Shown: positions 1 through 9,976 of the stretch, piece by piece
Numbering within the stretch: the stretch's first letter is position 1
Layout of the letters: each line of letters starts with the position of its first letter
Assembly (NCBI GenBank): GCA_964478335.1
Contig: CAYZIC010000001.1
Location: forward strand, 3,638-67,637
DNA: 64,000 nt
Source of the DNA: an uncultured Lentisphaeraceae bacterium
Lineage (GTDB): Bacteria > Verrucomicrobiota > Kiritimatiellia > RFP12 > DVOR01
Direction: 5' to 3'
Position numbers and translations under genes: made by a program
Notes under the pieces: model-generated
Seen by the model: only the letters and a program-made list of their open reading frames with translations
Told to the model about the DNA's origin: nothing
Databases searched by the model: none

Positions 1-384
1 GACGCATGGTTGCACAGTCTACTTGCGGAGCTATGCGCTATGCAAGATGAAAAATCATCCACTTACGCGTGTCGTCATGATCTACGCTTGTCTATTCCCT
101 GAGATCTTCCTATTCGCGGCGACTTGGTTGATTTAGGATTCCCCGTCTCAATTCACGTCCATTCTAGGATTCGTGGTGGGGGATTTTGGTGCCTCTGCAA
201 GCAGTGAATAGCCCTGTTTTAGCCTTTTTGAAGCGATTTTTGGGTGTTTACGATAGAAAAGGCTTGTCAAATACCCCAGTTATATATTATAGTGTAGTTA
301 GATTTTTTTGGAGTGCTCTAGATTATTGTTTGATCTATTGAGTTGCCTCCTACAAAACAGTAACTACATGAAGGAATATTCATT

Positions 385-1092
385 ATGATCATTAAAGATG
401 GTTGGCCTCTAATCTTGACTCCCCTTGTCATTGCTTTGTGCGGTGGTGGTGCGTTGTATCACTTTGCTCATTGCCCAACTGGTGCTGGCTTTGTCGTGGT
501 TTTTTGTGTGGTACTCTCCCTCTTTATGTTGTGGTTTTTCCGTAATCCAGTGCGCACGGCTCCTGCTGGAGAGGGAAACATCGTTTCGGGTGCTGAGGGT
601 GTCTGTAAGGATGTGCAATACGTGGATGAAAACACCAAGATGGCTGATGGCTCTGTCCACCCAGCTGCAGAAATCGTCAAGGAATTTTTCCCTGGACAGC
701 AAGCAGTGCGTGTGAGCGTCTTCCTCTCGCCTCTCAATGTCCATGTCAACCGTACGGCTATCGGTGGTAAAGTCACGCAATTGGAATATCGCCATGGTAA
801 GCACTTCTTGACACCTGATGAAAGATCCTCCCTCTACAATCAATGCTCAATCATCGTGGTTGAGGGCGAAGATGGTTTTCGCTGCTTGCACAAGCAGATC
901 ACTGGGCCAATCGTGCGCCGTGTGGTCTATTGGTTGACACTTGGTCAAACAATTGGCCGTGGTGCGATCTTGGGTATGATGAAGTTTGGCTCTCGTATGG
1001 ACTTTTGGATGCCTGCCGATCAGGTGGAAATCGTTGTAAAGCCTGGCGACAAGGTGCGTGCGGGTGAATCGATCATCGCTAAACGAAAGTAA
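385..1092 (+). CDS. psd: phosphatidylserine decarboxylase proenzyme (short archaetype-like form)
   Basis: 235 aa with an N-terminal TM region. A C-terminal FGSR motif aligns with the autocleavage GS(T) site of PSDs. It lies just upstream of a CDP-alcohol phosphatidyltransferase (psd-pssA pair). Confidence 0.6.
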   Translation: MIIKDGWPLILTPLVIALCGGGALYHFAHCPTGAGFVVVFCVVLSLFMLWFFRNPVRTAPAGEGNIVSGAEGVCKDVQYVDENTKMADGSVHPAAEIVKEFFPGQQAVRVSVFLSPLNVHVNRTAIGGKVTQLEYRHGKHFLTPDERSSLYNQCSIIVVEGEDGFRCLHKQITGPIVRRVVYWLTLGQTIGRGAILGMMKFGSRMDFWMPADQVEIVVKPGDKVRAGESIIAKRK

Positions 1093-1111
1093 CTATTTCT
1101 AGGAGTCACAG

Positions 1112-1894
1112 ATGAAAAAGATAAACATTCGTCGTCCGAGTCCTCGCACCACCCGCATCAGCTTTGTCAATTCGATCACGGCTGGTGCGTTGGTTTGCGG
1201 TATTACCAGTATCATTTTTTCTGCCAGTGGGGACTTTTTCACTGCGGCGAAGCTGATTTTGGGGGCTATGATCCTCGATGGTCTCGATGGGACCTTTGCG
1301 CGTGCGCTCAAGGTGGAGTCGCCATTTGGTGCGGAGTTTGACACCTTTGTCGATATCACGGCATTTGGCATTGCTCCAGCGATGTTGGTCTATTTTAGTG
1401 TGCTTCAGGGTCCTGTGGGGATCATGTTGGCGTGTGCGATTGCGCTCTCGGGTGCGTTGCGCTTGGCTAGATTTAAGGTGGTCGATGAGGATCACGGCAT
1501 GAGTGGCTACACGGGAATGCCGATCACGGCGAATGCGCTTTGCTTGGCCGGCATTATCCTCTTTATGTCATCGCCTGCGTGGGGTACGGCGGTTGGTCAA
1601 TGGGCTTGGAAACCTGCTTGGCTCTCGCTTGAGTCACCCTATATCTTGGGATTCATGTACCTCAACTGCATCGCAAGCTTGCTCTTGCAGATTTCGCCCT
1701 TTAAATATCCTAAGCCAACGAATACGCCTATCGGTCAATTCGTCGGAGTGGTGATGTTTATTGGCTTTTTCTTAAATCCTAAGACGGCGATTATTTCTTG
1801 CTGTTACTTGATTCCCTCGACGCTCTTTTACGTCTACCTCTCACCCTTTTGGTATTACATCAAGCGTCGCTATCAAGCTCGCAAGGCCGCCTAA
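1112..1894 (+). CDS. pssA: CDP-diacylglycerol-serine O-phosphatidyltransferase (CDP-alcohol phosphatidyltransferase family)
   Basis: The CDP-OH transferase signature DGxDGxxAR...G...D...D is present (DGLDGTFARALKVESPFGAEFDTFVD). The protein is multi-TM. An RBS AGGAG lies before the ATG. Confidence 0.7.
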   Translation: MKKINIRRPSPRTTRISFVNSITAGALVCGITSIIFSASGDFFTAAKLILGAMILDGLDGTFARALKVESPFGAEFDTFVDITAFGIAPAMLVYFSVLQGPVGIMLACAIALSGALRLARFKVVDEDHGMSGYTGMPITANALCLAGIILFMSSPAWGTAVGQWAWKPAWLSLESPYILGFMYLNCIASLLLQISPFKYPKPTNTPIGQFVGVVMFIGFFLNPKTAIISCCYLIPSTLFYVYLSPFWYYIKRRYQARKAA

Positions 1895-1948
1895 TGGGCA
1901 TCCTTTACTAAGTTTCACCGATTTTAACAACAAATATCTACGATTTAT

Positions 1949-3889
1949 ATGAAGACAGTTACCGAAAAAATTCTCCAAGCTCACCTTGTTTCAGGCACCC
2001 CTACCGCAGGGCAAGAGGTTGCCATCCGTATTGACCAAACGCTGACCCAGGATGCCACTGGTACCATGGCCTATTTGCAATTTGAGAGCATGGGACTAGA
2101 GCAGGTCAAATCCGATTTGGCCGTCAGCTATGTCGACCACAACACGGTGCAGATTGGCTTTGAAAATGCCGACGACCATGACTACTTGGCCAGTGTGGCC
2201 AAGCGCTACGGCGTGGTCTACTCTAAGCCGGGCAATGGCATCTGCCACCAGCTCCATTTGGAACGTTTCGGCAAGCCTGGCGCAACCTTAATTGGTAGCG
2301 ACTCTCACACGCCTACTGGCGGTGGCTTAGGTATGATCGCAATCGGTGCTGGCGGTATCGATGTGGCTGTGGCCATGGGCGGTGGGGCGTTTTATTTGAC
2401 TTGGCCCAAGGTCATCGGCATCAAGCTGACTGGATCTTTGCCCAAGGGCGTTTCTGCAAAAGACATCATCCTCAAAGTCCTCTCCATCTATGGTACAAAG
2501 GGTAACGTCGGTAAGATCTTTGAATACTTCGGTCCTGGTGTCGCAGCACTCGACGTACCCAGCCGCGCCACGGTGACCAATATGGGCGCAGAATTGGGCG
2601 TCACCACATCCGTATTCCCCTCCGACGATGTGACCAAAGCATTCCTCAAGGCTCAAAGCCGCGAAGGCGACTGGCAGGAATTAGTTGCCGATGCAGATGC
2701 CGCCTACACCGATGTCATCGAAATCAACCTCTCCACCCTCGAGCCCCTCGCTGCTGCGCCCCATTCTCCGGGCAACATCGAGACTGTCGCCTCACTTTTG
2801 GGTAAGCCTGTGCAACAAATCATGATTGGCTCATGCACCAACTCCTCTTATCGCGATATCAAGACTGTCGCTCTCATGCTGCAAGGTAAGACGGTGCATC
2901 CCGATGTCGAAGTCGGCATCGCTTGCGGCTCTCGCCAAGTCGTGCGTATGCTCGCTGATGAAGGCCTCCTCACCCACCTCATTGCAGCGGGTTGCCGTAT
3001 TTTAGAGAATGCGTGCGGTTTTTGCATTGGTGCGCACATGTCCCCCAGCTCCAAGGCAGTCAGCTTACGCACCAGCAATCGCAACTTTGAAGGTCGCTCA
3101 GGCACACAAGATGCAGGCATCTATTTAGTCAGCCCTGAAACAGCTGCTGCAGCTGCCCTGACGGGTGTCTTTACTGATCCTCGTACCTGCGATGTCCCCC
3201 CCGTTGATATGCCCACACAATTCACCATCGATGACTCGCTATTCCTCTACCAAGAGACCGCTTGCAAGGGCGTGCCAGGCACGGCTATCATGCGCGGCCC
3301 CAATATCGGTGAAGTGCCCGCAGGTCAACCCCTCACTGCAAAACTCGACGGCTATGCCACAATTAAGGTTACAGACAAAATCACTACCGACCACATCATG
3401 CCTGCTGGTGCAAGACTCAAGTTTAGATCCAACATTCCCCAATACGCCAAGTACGTATTTGAGCACGTCGATCCGAACTTTTACGCCAACTGCAGTGCCA
3501 ATCGCGATGCAGGTAAAGCCAATGTCATCATCGCTGGCGAAAGCTACGGTCAAGGGTCCAGCCGTGAACACGCCGCCTTGTGCCCAATGTATTTGGGAGT
3601 CAAGGCCGTCATCGCCAAGAGTATTGAACGCATCCACTTGGCCAACCTCATCAACTTTGGCATCATCCCATTTTCATTTATCAATCCTGCCGACTACGAC
3701 ATGATTGAGCAAGGTGATGAAATCGCCATCGACAATCTCATCGACGTTGTCACAGGCAATGGTCAAGCGACCTTGATCAACCGCACCAAGAGGACGCAAA
3801 TCCCCTTAACGACGACACTCTCTACCCGTCAAAAACAAATCATTCTCAATGGCGGCTTACTTGCAGCTGTTGCCAAAGGCCAAGCATAA
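1949..3889 (+). CDS. aconitase-family hydratase (646 aa, fused catalytic plus swivel domain)
   Basis: Aconitase/IPM-isomerase motifs are present: GSDSHT, GSCTNSSYRDI and NACGFCIG (Fe-S cysteines). The length fits a fused large plus small subunit. Confidence 0.8.
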   Translation: MKTVTEKILQAHLVSGTPTAGQEVAIRIDQTLTQDATGTMAYLQFESMGLEQVKSDLAVSYVDHNTVQIGFENADDHDYLASVAKRYGVVYSKPGNGICHQLHLERFGKPGATLIGSDSHTPTGGGLGMIAIGAGGIDVAVAMGGGAFYLTWPKVIGIKLTGSLPKGVSAKDIILKVLSIYGTKGNVGKIFEYFGPGVAALDVPSRATVTNMGAELGVTTSVFPSDDVTKAFLKAQSREGDWQELVADADAAYTDVIEINLSTLEPLAAAPHSPGNIETVASLLGKPVQQIMIGSCTNSSYRDIKTVALMLQGKTVHPDVEVGIACGSRQVVRMLADEGLLTHLIAAGCRILENACGFCIGAHMSPSSKAVSLRTSNRNFEGRSGTQDAGIYLVSPETAAAAALTGVFTDPRTCDVPPVDMPTQFTIDDSLFLYQETACKGVPGTAIMRGPNIGEVPAGQPLTAKLDGYATIKVTDKITTDHIMPAGARLKFRSNIPQYAKYVFEHVDPNFYANCSANRDAGKANVIIAGESYGQGSSREHAALCPMYLGVKAVIAKSIERIHLANLINFGIIPFSFINPADYDMIEQGDEIAIDNLIDVVTGNGQATLINRTKRTQIPLTTTLSTRQKQIILNGGLLAAVAKGQA

Positions 3890-3897
3890 GGATTACT

Positions 3898-5487
3898 ATG
3901 AGCAACGATAACACCACCGAATCCCTCTTGTCCAATCTCGACTTTACCCCAGATTGGGCAAAGACCTCTGCCGACGATTATGTCGAGCGCTACAAGTCTG
4001 ACTCCTACACTTCTCCTCGCCACGAAAGCCGCAACGAGGGCATGCGACGACCTCGTAGAGATCGCGACGACCGTGATGAGGCGAATTCTCCGCGCCGTGA
4101 TCGCCCGCCGCGTCGTCAAGAGCGTGGTCAAGAGCGTCGTACCCCCCGAGATGGCGCAGCCGCTCACATCGACACACCTCCAGCTTTTCCTGCAGATCGT
4201 GCACCTCGTGGCGAGCGTGCCACAACGGATCGCTCGGCTCCACGTCGTCCTCGTCGCGAATTTGTCCAGCAGCTCAATGCTGAGATCCGTTTGTTGCCTG
4301 GTCAAAAGAACCTTGGCACCGTGATGAAGCGCATCCAATCCTCTCACCAAGCCTATCCGATCAAGAGCTTTGTCAACCTCTTCATTGACAATCCCAGTGC
4401 CTGCCTCGTACGCTTGGAGTCAAAAAAAGACGACCCCAAGACCTTTTATCAGTGCAAAAAGTGTGGGTTTGTGGCGTTAGACCCGAATCAAGTCGAGCAA
4501 CACATCATGGGCACGCACTTTGAGGAATACTACACACCCGAAGTCATCGCTTGTCAACCACCATCTGGTGCATTCTCTAGCGTAAACCGCTGCACGCTCA
4601 CTGGCGAATGGCTCGGAGCACCTAACCACCATAGCTACAAGCATCGCGTTGCCGAGCTCGCTGCCCGCGCCCAAATGTCTGAGCAGCGCTACCTATCCTC
4701 CTCAATTGAGACCTTGCGTGACGAAGCCTCAATCGAAGCCTGGAAGCAAACGATGACCTCAAAAAAGGTCTACAAGCTCGCCATCGATCAAGCCACGCAA
4801 AGCGAGGCGGAGGATGAAGCAGCTCAAGCCATGCCAGCCATCGAATTTGATGCTGCCGAGATGCTCTTTAAGCGCGACATCATGCCCAAAATCATTGCAA
4901 GCGCATCACACGTCTGCTGCCCTGTCTCAATTGCTGAGGCTACCCCAGATGCATCGATTAAGCTCTTGCTTAAAAATACCATCCGCAATGAGACGCGGTC
5001 ACCTCGATCTCTCTTCTTTGCGCTACGTGGTGCTTTTCGCCATCACAAGTTTCATCTCTTTCGTGCGAATGACTCACGAGGCGCAGAATTCGTCATGGGC
5101 ACGACACCCTCCATGCTAGACATTGAGCACGTCACCCCTGTTTTAAAGCAGGCACTGGGATTCGTCATCGACCACCCCTACTGCGTGCGCCGTGATTTGA
5201 TGGCGGCTTTAACCGATGGCAAAGACGGCGACGCCCTCAAAGAGGTCGCCTCTCAAGTCTCATGGTTGCTCTCCAAAGGCCATCTAATCGAATTCTACAA
5301 CGGCATGCTCGCCATCCCTGCAGATTTCCCCCTCTTTAAGAAATTGCCCGAAGAGCTCGGTCAAGGCATCAAAGAGAGCGAAGAGAAGCCCGCCGAGCCC
5401 ATCGAGGCTGTTGCTCCTGTCGCTGAGCCCGCCGAGCCCATCGAGGCTGCAGAGGTCTCTGCCGATGCAGACACTCCCCAAGCTTAA
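3898..5487 (+). CDS. hypothetical protein with an Arg/Asp-rich disordered N-terminus, a C2H2-like zinc finger and a C-terminal Pro/Glu repeat
   Basis: Long ORF with good codon usage. The motif YQCKKCGFVALDPNQVEQHIMGTHFEEY has the pattern C-x2-C-x12-H-x4-H. A 23-bp direct DNA repeat at 5385-5455 encodes AEPIEA twice. Confidence 0.6.
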   Translation: MSNDNTTESLLSNLDFTPDWAKTSADDYVERYKSDSYTSPRHESRNEGMRRPRRDRDDRDEANSPRRDRPPRRQERGQERRTPRDGAAAHIDTPPAFPADRAPRGERATTDRSAPRRPRREFVQQLNAEIRLLPGQKNLGTVMKRIQSSHQAYPIKSFVNLFIDNPSACLVRLESKKDDPKTFYQCKKCGFVALDPNQVEQHIMGTHFEEYYTPEVIACQPPSGAFSSVNRCTLTGEWLGAPNHHSYKHRVAELAARAQMSEQRYLSSSIETLRDEASIEAWKQTMTSKKVYKLAIDQATQSEAEDEAAQAMPAIEFDAAEMLFKRDIMPKIIASASHVCCPVSIAEATPDASIKLLLKNTIRNETRSPRSLFFALRGAFRHHKFHLFRANDSRGAEFVMGTTPSMLDIEHVTPVLKQALGFVIDHPYCVRRDLMAALTDGKDGDALKEVASQVSWLLSKGHLIEFYNGMLAIPADFPLFKKLPEELGQGIKESEEKPAEPIEAVAPVAEPAEPIEAAEVSADADTPQA

Positions 5488-5509
5488 TTCATCAAGAATC
5501 GAGGTCTCT

Positions 5510-6550
5510 ATGATCATTACCGAAGTTGCAAAAATCCTTAATGGAACTATTCAAGGCGACGAATCTCTCGAGATCCTTGCCATGGCAAGCCTCCTCGAAG
5601 CGCGCGAAGGCGATGTTTCGTTTCTCTCCAATTCCAAATATGCCAAGCAAATGACTGCCACTGCGGCCTCTGTAGTCTTGGTTACAGAGGACTTCACAGG
5701 AGAGACCTCGGCGAAAGCACTCATTCGCGTGTCCAACCCCGACAAGGCCTTTGCCTCCTTGGCGCCGATCTTTGGCCCCAAACCCGTCATTCGTGCGCCG
5801 GGTATTCACCCATCTGCCGTCATTGCCCCCTCCGCAACGATCGGGAAAAATGTCCACATCGGCGCATGCACGGTCATTGAAGCAGGTGCAACCATCGGTG
5901 ACGACGCAATCATTGAGGCGCAAGTTTTCATTGGCCAAGATGTCAAAGTCGGTAACCGTTGCCACATCTATCCTCAAGTGACCATTCGCGAAGGCTGCCT
6001 CATTGGCGATGAGACCATTCTTCACACGGGTGTCCGCATTGGATCCGATGGCTACGGCTACACCGTCGAGCTGACCGAGCAAGGTCCCACCGTCGTCAAG
6101 GTGCCCCAGGTCGGAATCGTCGAGATCGGTAGGGGCGTTGAGATAGGCTCAAATACCTGCATCGACCGCGCACGCTTTGGCCGGACACGTATCGGCAACA
6201 TGGTCAAGATCGACAACCTCGTGCAAATCGGCCACAATGTGCAAATTGCAGACCTCTGCGGCGTCATTGCACAAGCGGGTATCGCGGGAAGTGCCAAGAT
6301 CGAGTCGGGCGTCATCATTTGGTCTCAAGCAGGCGTTTCGGGTCATTTAACCGTGCACGAACGCGCCCAAGTAGGTCCCAAATCTGGCGTTACCAGTGAT
6401 GTGCCCGAGGGCGAATATGTGATCGGTTTGCCAGCAGTGTCCAAGCGTAAATTTGCCGAGAGTCTCATGATGCCTCGCCAAATCGACAAGCTCAAGAAAA
6501 AGCTCGCCGACCTCGAAGCACAAGTCAAAGCGCTGGAAAAAGACCTCTAA
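5510..6550 (+). CDS. lpxD: UDP-3-O-acylglucosamine N-acyltransferase
   Basis: An N-terminal LpxD domain is followed by hexapeptide left-handed beta-helix repeats and a C-terminal coiled coil. The start was moved to the internal ATG at 5510 (MIITEV...), just after the upstream stop. Confidence 0.85.
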   Translation: MIITEVAKILNGTIQGDESLEILAMASLLEAREGDVSFLSNSKYAKQMTATAASVVLVTEDFTGETSAKALIRVSNPDKAFASLAPIFGPKPVIRAPGIHPSAVIAPSATIGKNVHIGACTVIEAGATIGDDAIIEAQVFIGQDVKVGNRCHIYPQVTIREGCLIGDETILHTGVRIGSDGYGYTVELTEQGPTVVKVPQVGIVEIGRGVEIGSNTCIDRARFGRTRIGNMVKIDNLVQIGHNVQIADLCGVIAQAGIAGSAKIESGVIIWSQAGVSGHLTVHERAQVGPKSGVTSDVPEGEYVIGLPAVSKRKFAESLMMPRQIDKLKKKLADLEAQVKALEKDL

Positions 6551-6711
6551 GCCAGCAACACATCCAGGTGTAAGATGTTTTTGATGACGCTCTATCGCCA
6601 ATTCTTTCAAATCAAGCATCTGGGACTTCAGCGCTTTTTATTTTTCATCCTCACCTTGTGCCTCATCGGCCTGTGGGGATATTACTTTTGGAAGTAGGAG
6701 TATCTGTAACA

Positions 6712-7857
6712 ATGGCTCTAACCTATCATACCGCAGGAGAATCGCACGGCCCTGCCCTGACGATCATCCTGCAAGGCATGCCAGCAGGCATACCATTGAC
6801 AGCCGAGATGATCAACCATGATCTCGCCCAACGCCAACTCAAAGCAGGCGCGGGTGCCCGCATGGTCATTGAAACCGACCAAGTTGCCCTTCTTTCTGGC
6901 ATCATGGCAGGTCAGACCACCGGTGCCCCAATTGCCATGACAATCACCAATCGTGACCACGCAGCCTGGCAAGGTAAAGCCGTTCTCGCCTACACCACCC
7001 CCCGCCCAGGACACGCCGATTGCGCGGCTGTCACCAAGTACCGCTACGACGATATTCGCCCCTCCTTAGAACGCGCCTCCGCCCGAGAAACGGCTTGTCG
7101 CGTCGCCATGGGCGCAATCTGCCGCGCCTACCTTGGTCTCTTTGGCATCGAGATCCGCACCTTTGTTGCCACGCTAGGAGATTGCGACTGTCCCACTGTC
7201 GCAGATCCGACCCAAGCCTGTGACTTTGCCGCAACATCCCCCATCAAAGCACCATCAGCCGACCACCAAGATGCCTATCAAGCCGCCATCCTCGCTGCAA
7301 GACAAGCCGGTGAAACGCTCGGAGGCACGATCACGTGCGTTGCAACAGGACTTCCCACGGGACTGGGCTCATTTACCTCGGCCGACAAACGCCTCGATGC
7401 CCGTCTAGCAGGCGCCCTCATCAGCATCCAAGCGATGAAAGGCGTTGAGATCGGCTCTGCCTTTGAGAATACCCGTCATCCAGGCTCACACGTGCATGAT
7501 GCGATAACCCAAGACGGCCGCCCAACCAATCGATGCGGGGGCATTGAGGGGGGCATGTCTACAGGCGCACCCGTCATCTCAACCGTCGCTATGAAACCCA
7601 TTCCGACGACATTAGTCAAACAAGAATCATTTGACCTGTCCACCCACCAGCCCGCCCAGACGACCTATGAACGCTCCGATACCGCGCCCGTGCCACGCGC
7701 CTGCGTCGTCGTCGAATCCATGACGGCATTTGTTCTCGCCGATGCCCTCCTTGAGAAGCTTGGTGGAGACTCAATCATCGAGCAGCTCCCGCGCTTTAAG
7801 GCTCTTCCGACTATGCGCGATATTCATCTAGACCCTCAACCTAAGGTATTTTGGTGA
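6712..7857 (+). CDS. aroC: chorismate synthase
   Basis: MALTYHTAGESHGPAL is the canonical AroC N-terminus. The start was set at the internal ATG, which has a GTAGGAG RBS. Confidence 0.9.
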   Translation: MALTYHTAGESHGPALTIILQGMPAGIPLTAEMINHDLAQRQLKAGAGARMVIETDQVALLSGIMAGQTTGAPIAMTITNRDHAAWQGKAVLAYTTPRPGHADCAAVTKYRYDDIRPSLERASARETACRVAMGAICRAYLGLFGIEIRTFVATLGDCDCPTVADPTQACDFAATSPIKAPSADHQDAYQAAILAARQAGETLGGTITCVATGLPTGLGSFTSADKRLDARLAGALISIQAMKGVEIGSAFENTRHPGSHVHDAITQDGRPTNRCGGIEGGMSTGAPVISTVAMKPIPTTLVKQESFDLSTHQPAQTTYERSDTAPVPRACVVVESMTAFVLADALLEKLGGDSIIEQLPRFKALPTMRDIHLDPQPKVFW

Positions 7858-7861
7858 AGCT

Positions 7862-8647
7862 ATGTTTGACGCACACTGCCATTTAGACGATCCGACCCTT
7901 GCGCCTTTTGCTCAAAGGCTCATCCAGCAAGCGAGTCATCTCAAAGGCATGATTAATTGCTCCGTCAAACCCGAAACCTGGGGTCTCTCCCTACCCGATG
8001 CCCCCTTTCCCATCATTCGCGCAATTGGCTTTCACCCCTGGTACAGCTGTGAAACCACCCCCGAGCAATGGACTCTGCTCCGCCAGACCCTCACAGCCAA
8101 CCCACAGTACTGGATTGGCGAGATTGGACTAGATGCGACCCAGCAAGCCCCTGATGACATCGACTGCATGATAGACTGCTATCAAGCCCAACTCGATCTC
8201 GCAGCCGAGCTCAAGCGCCCCATCGTCCTCCATGGCGCACACATGTGGCAAAAACTCTTTAACCTAGCCAATGACTATGCCGACAAAATTCCAGCAATCG
8301 TTGTTCATGGAGTTGGCTTTCATCCCCAAATATTAGCCCACCCCCTCCTCCAGCGCGATACGATCTTTCTCTCAATCAATGGAGCCGTCTCCTGGCACAA
8401 TCGTCACCGCACCCAAGATCTCGCAATCATGGTCTCAGACGACAAGCTCCTCATTGAGACCGACTCGCCGGGATTTTTCCCACAAGGAGGCGATCCCCTC
8501 ACCCTGGGCAGACCTGAGCTCCTCAATCAATCAAGTAACTTGCTCTCCATTGCCAAAACCATTGCAACCTTACGCAACACCGACTGGCAAACCATCGAAG
8601 CACTCACCGACCGTAATGCCCAGCGGCTACTCGATCTCGCCAAGTAA
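7862..8647 (+). CDS. tatD: TatD-family metal-dependent hydrolase
   Basis: An N-terminal HCH motif (MFDAHCHLDD) is present. The protein is 261 aa with a TIM-barrel hydrolase pattern. Confidence 0.7.
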   Translation: MFDAHCHLDDPTLAPFAQRLIQQASHLKGMINCSVKPETWGLSLPDAPFPIIRAIGFHPWYSCETTPEQWTLLRQTLTANPQYWIGEIGLDATQQAPDDIDCMIDCYQAQLDLAAELKRPIVLHGAHMWQKLFNLANDYADKIPAIVVHGVGFHPQILAHPLLQRDTIFLSINGAVSWHNRHRTQDLAIMVSDDKLLIETDSPGFFPQGGDPLTLGRPELLNQSSNLLSIAKTIATLRNTDWQTIEALTDRNAQRLLDLAK

Positions 8648-8824
8648 AGCGAGAGGCGAATCACCGTTTTGAGGTGGGGCTGCTCCGAAGATGGCCAGCC
8701 AGAGGGACGTGGGAGGGCTGATGTGGATGGCCGGGTGCAGTGGTACCAAACGCCACGTAAGTAAATAAACCATTGATTAAATAGGCAGCGGCATATAATA
8801 TCCACAAAAACAATAAAGTTCGCT

Positions 8825-8852
8825 TGACATTTTTTGTCTAATTTGCTATAGT
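8825..8852 (+). promoter_or_regulatory. sigma70-like promoter (TTGACA, 16 bp spacer, TATAGT) for the tRNA
   Basis: Near-consensus -35 and -10 hexamers lie 15-40 nt upstream of the tRNA 5' end. Confidence 0.5.
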
Positions 8853-8866
8853 AACCCCGTTTTCAA

Positions 8867-8942
8867 GCCGGTTTAGCTCAGTTGGTAGAGCAGCTGATTT
8901 GTAATCAGCAGGTCGTGGGTTCAAGTCCCTCTGCCGGCTCCA
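8867..8942 (+). tRNA. tRNA-Thr (anticodon UGU), CCA encoded
   Basis: The sequence folds by hand into a cloverleaf: acceptor GCCGGTT/GCCGGC, T-arm GGTTCAAGTCC, anticodon loop TTTGTAA. Confidence 0.9.
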
Positions 8943-8950
8943 GTTTATAT

Positions 8951-8990
8951 CCCTCATAGGTCAATGACTTATGGGGGATTTTTTTGCGCC
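8951..8990 (+). terminator. rho-independent terminator after the tRNA
   Basis: An 8-bp stem (CCCTCATA/TATGGGGG) with a 12-nt loop is followed by ATTTTTTTG. Confidence 0.5.
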
Positions 8991-9639
8991 TTGGTGGTGG
9001 GGCAATTTGACGAAATTGGTGCGTTTTGACGCTGAAAACGGCTATTTAGCCCCGTATGTCTCTTGTTCTACTTTAATGACTAAGCGGCGCAATCGCTAGG
9101 ATTTGGGGTTTGGGATTTGGGGAGACTGTTGCATCCACTCCCCGCCTCTGCGTTATACCTGATTACGACTTGGTGCCATGAGGAGGCTCTGCCTCCAGGA
9201 AGAGTCGCTACGCTCCTACTTTTTCTACTTCCGATCCTCTATAATCGTACAAGAACCGAAAATCAGGCTTGAGAGATTACCTAAGGGGCGAGTCAAAGGT
9301 CAGCAGACTCTCAAATCGAGGGTAAGGCAAGGTTTATTTGCGTCCCTAAAGGAGGCTGCGTCATCTAGTTCGAGTCTAGATTGCGAGTGCGAGTGATGAG
9401 GACTTGCCTCATGCTCCGCTTATTTACCCACGCCCTGCTTATTGAGCCCCATACCCCGCTAGCGGTCTGCGACGGAGCGGCTACGCCTCTAGATTGTGGG
9501 ATTTGGGATTCAGTCACTGATAGCGGCCTGTGGCCTTAGAGGCTCCCGCAGGTCGCTTGTGGAGGATTCCCCAATCTCCAAATTCTAAACCCTACCCCCC
9601 GTAGAGATGACCTTGGTCCTCGCCACGACAGTTGCGATA

Positions 9640-9685
9640 CTCCAACCTTTTATACTTCCGACCAATTAAAATTAAACAAGAGTCG
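9640..9685 (+). mobile_element. solo ISL3-family terminal inverted repeat remnant (copy 1 of 4)
   Basis: The motif CCAATTAAAATTAAACAAGAG is shared with three copies at 33.6-34.3 kb. Its outward end reads GGCTCTTG on the reverse complement, the ISL3 IR terminus. Confidence 0.45.
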
Positions 9686-9976
9686 AAAAGGTTCAAGAAA
9701 TATGCCCAAAAGTTACACTTCCCAACTTTTACACTGGGTCTATGGTTCATTTTAAGCGTTCAAGAATGCGTTATCTCATTGATAAAACGCGTCCACCCTT
9801 CTAATTATTAAGTTTCCTTATCTTTTTCCTTGCGTTTTTGTTTAACTGTGATAACATACGCCTCGTTTTTGAGATTCTTTCTGGATTGATCAAATAGCAA
9901 GGCCTGATTTGGCTGAGTCTAGGCGTATTTTTCGTTTGTCGCTATCATCAAAATCTCATCACAAATAAGGATTGTT

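Noticed and set aside
409-843. Antisense and overlapping ORFs inside psd (409-843 minus, 425-715 plus, 468-776 minus), and similar nested ORFs inside aconitase (2327-2656, 3165-3704, 3239-3637), the 3898 gene, lpxD and others
   Set aside because: They lie fully inside longer ORFs with clear protein-family motifs. They have no RBS and low-complexity translations typical of frame shadows in GC-rich DNA.
5411-5509. N-terminal extensions of lpxD (5411), aroC (6658), the Gfo/Idh/MocA gene (45697), the tape measure (57074), the 47382-47975 ORF and the secretin (23907)
   Set aside because: In each case the conserved family N-terminus or signal peptide begins at an internal ATG preceded by an RBS. 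The extension overlaps the upstream gene or lacks an RBS.
9178-9396. 72-aa ORF in the post-tRNA intergenic region
   Set aside because: No RBS, and a Ser-rich low-complexity tail. It sits in a region full of simple repeats, so it is most likely non-coding.
9700-9976. Possible riboswitch (cobalamin, FMN or THI) in the AT-rich leader of the HemN-like/ECF operon
   Set aside because: I could not recognise a B12 box or other conserved riboswitch core in the 280-nt leader. It remains a candidate only by analogy to other ECF operons. A covariance-model scan would settle it.
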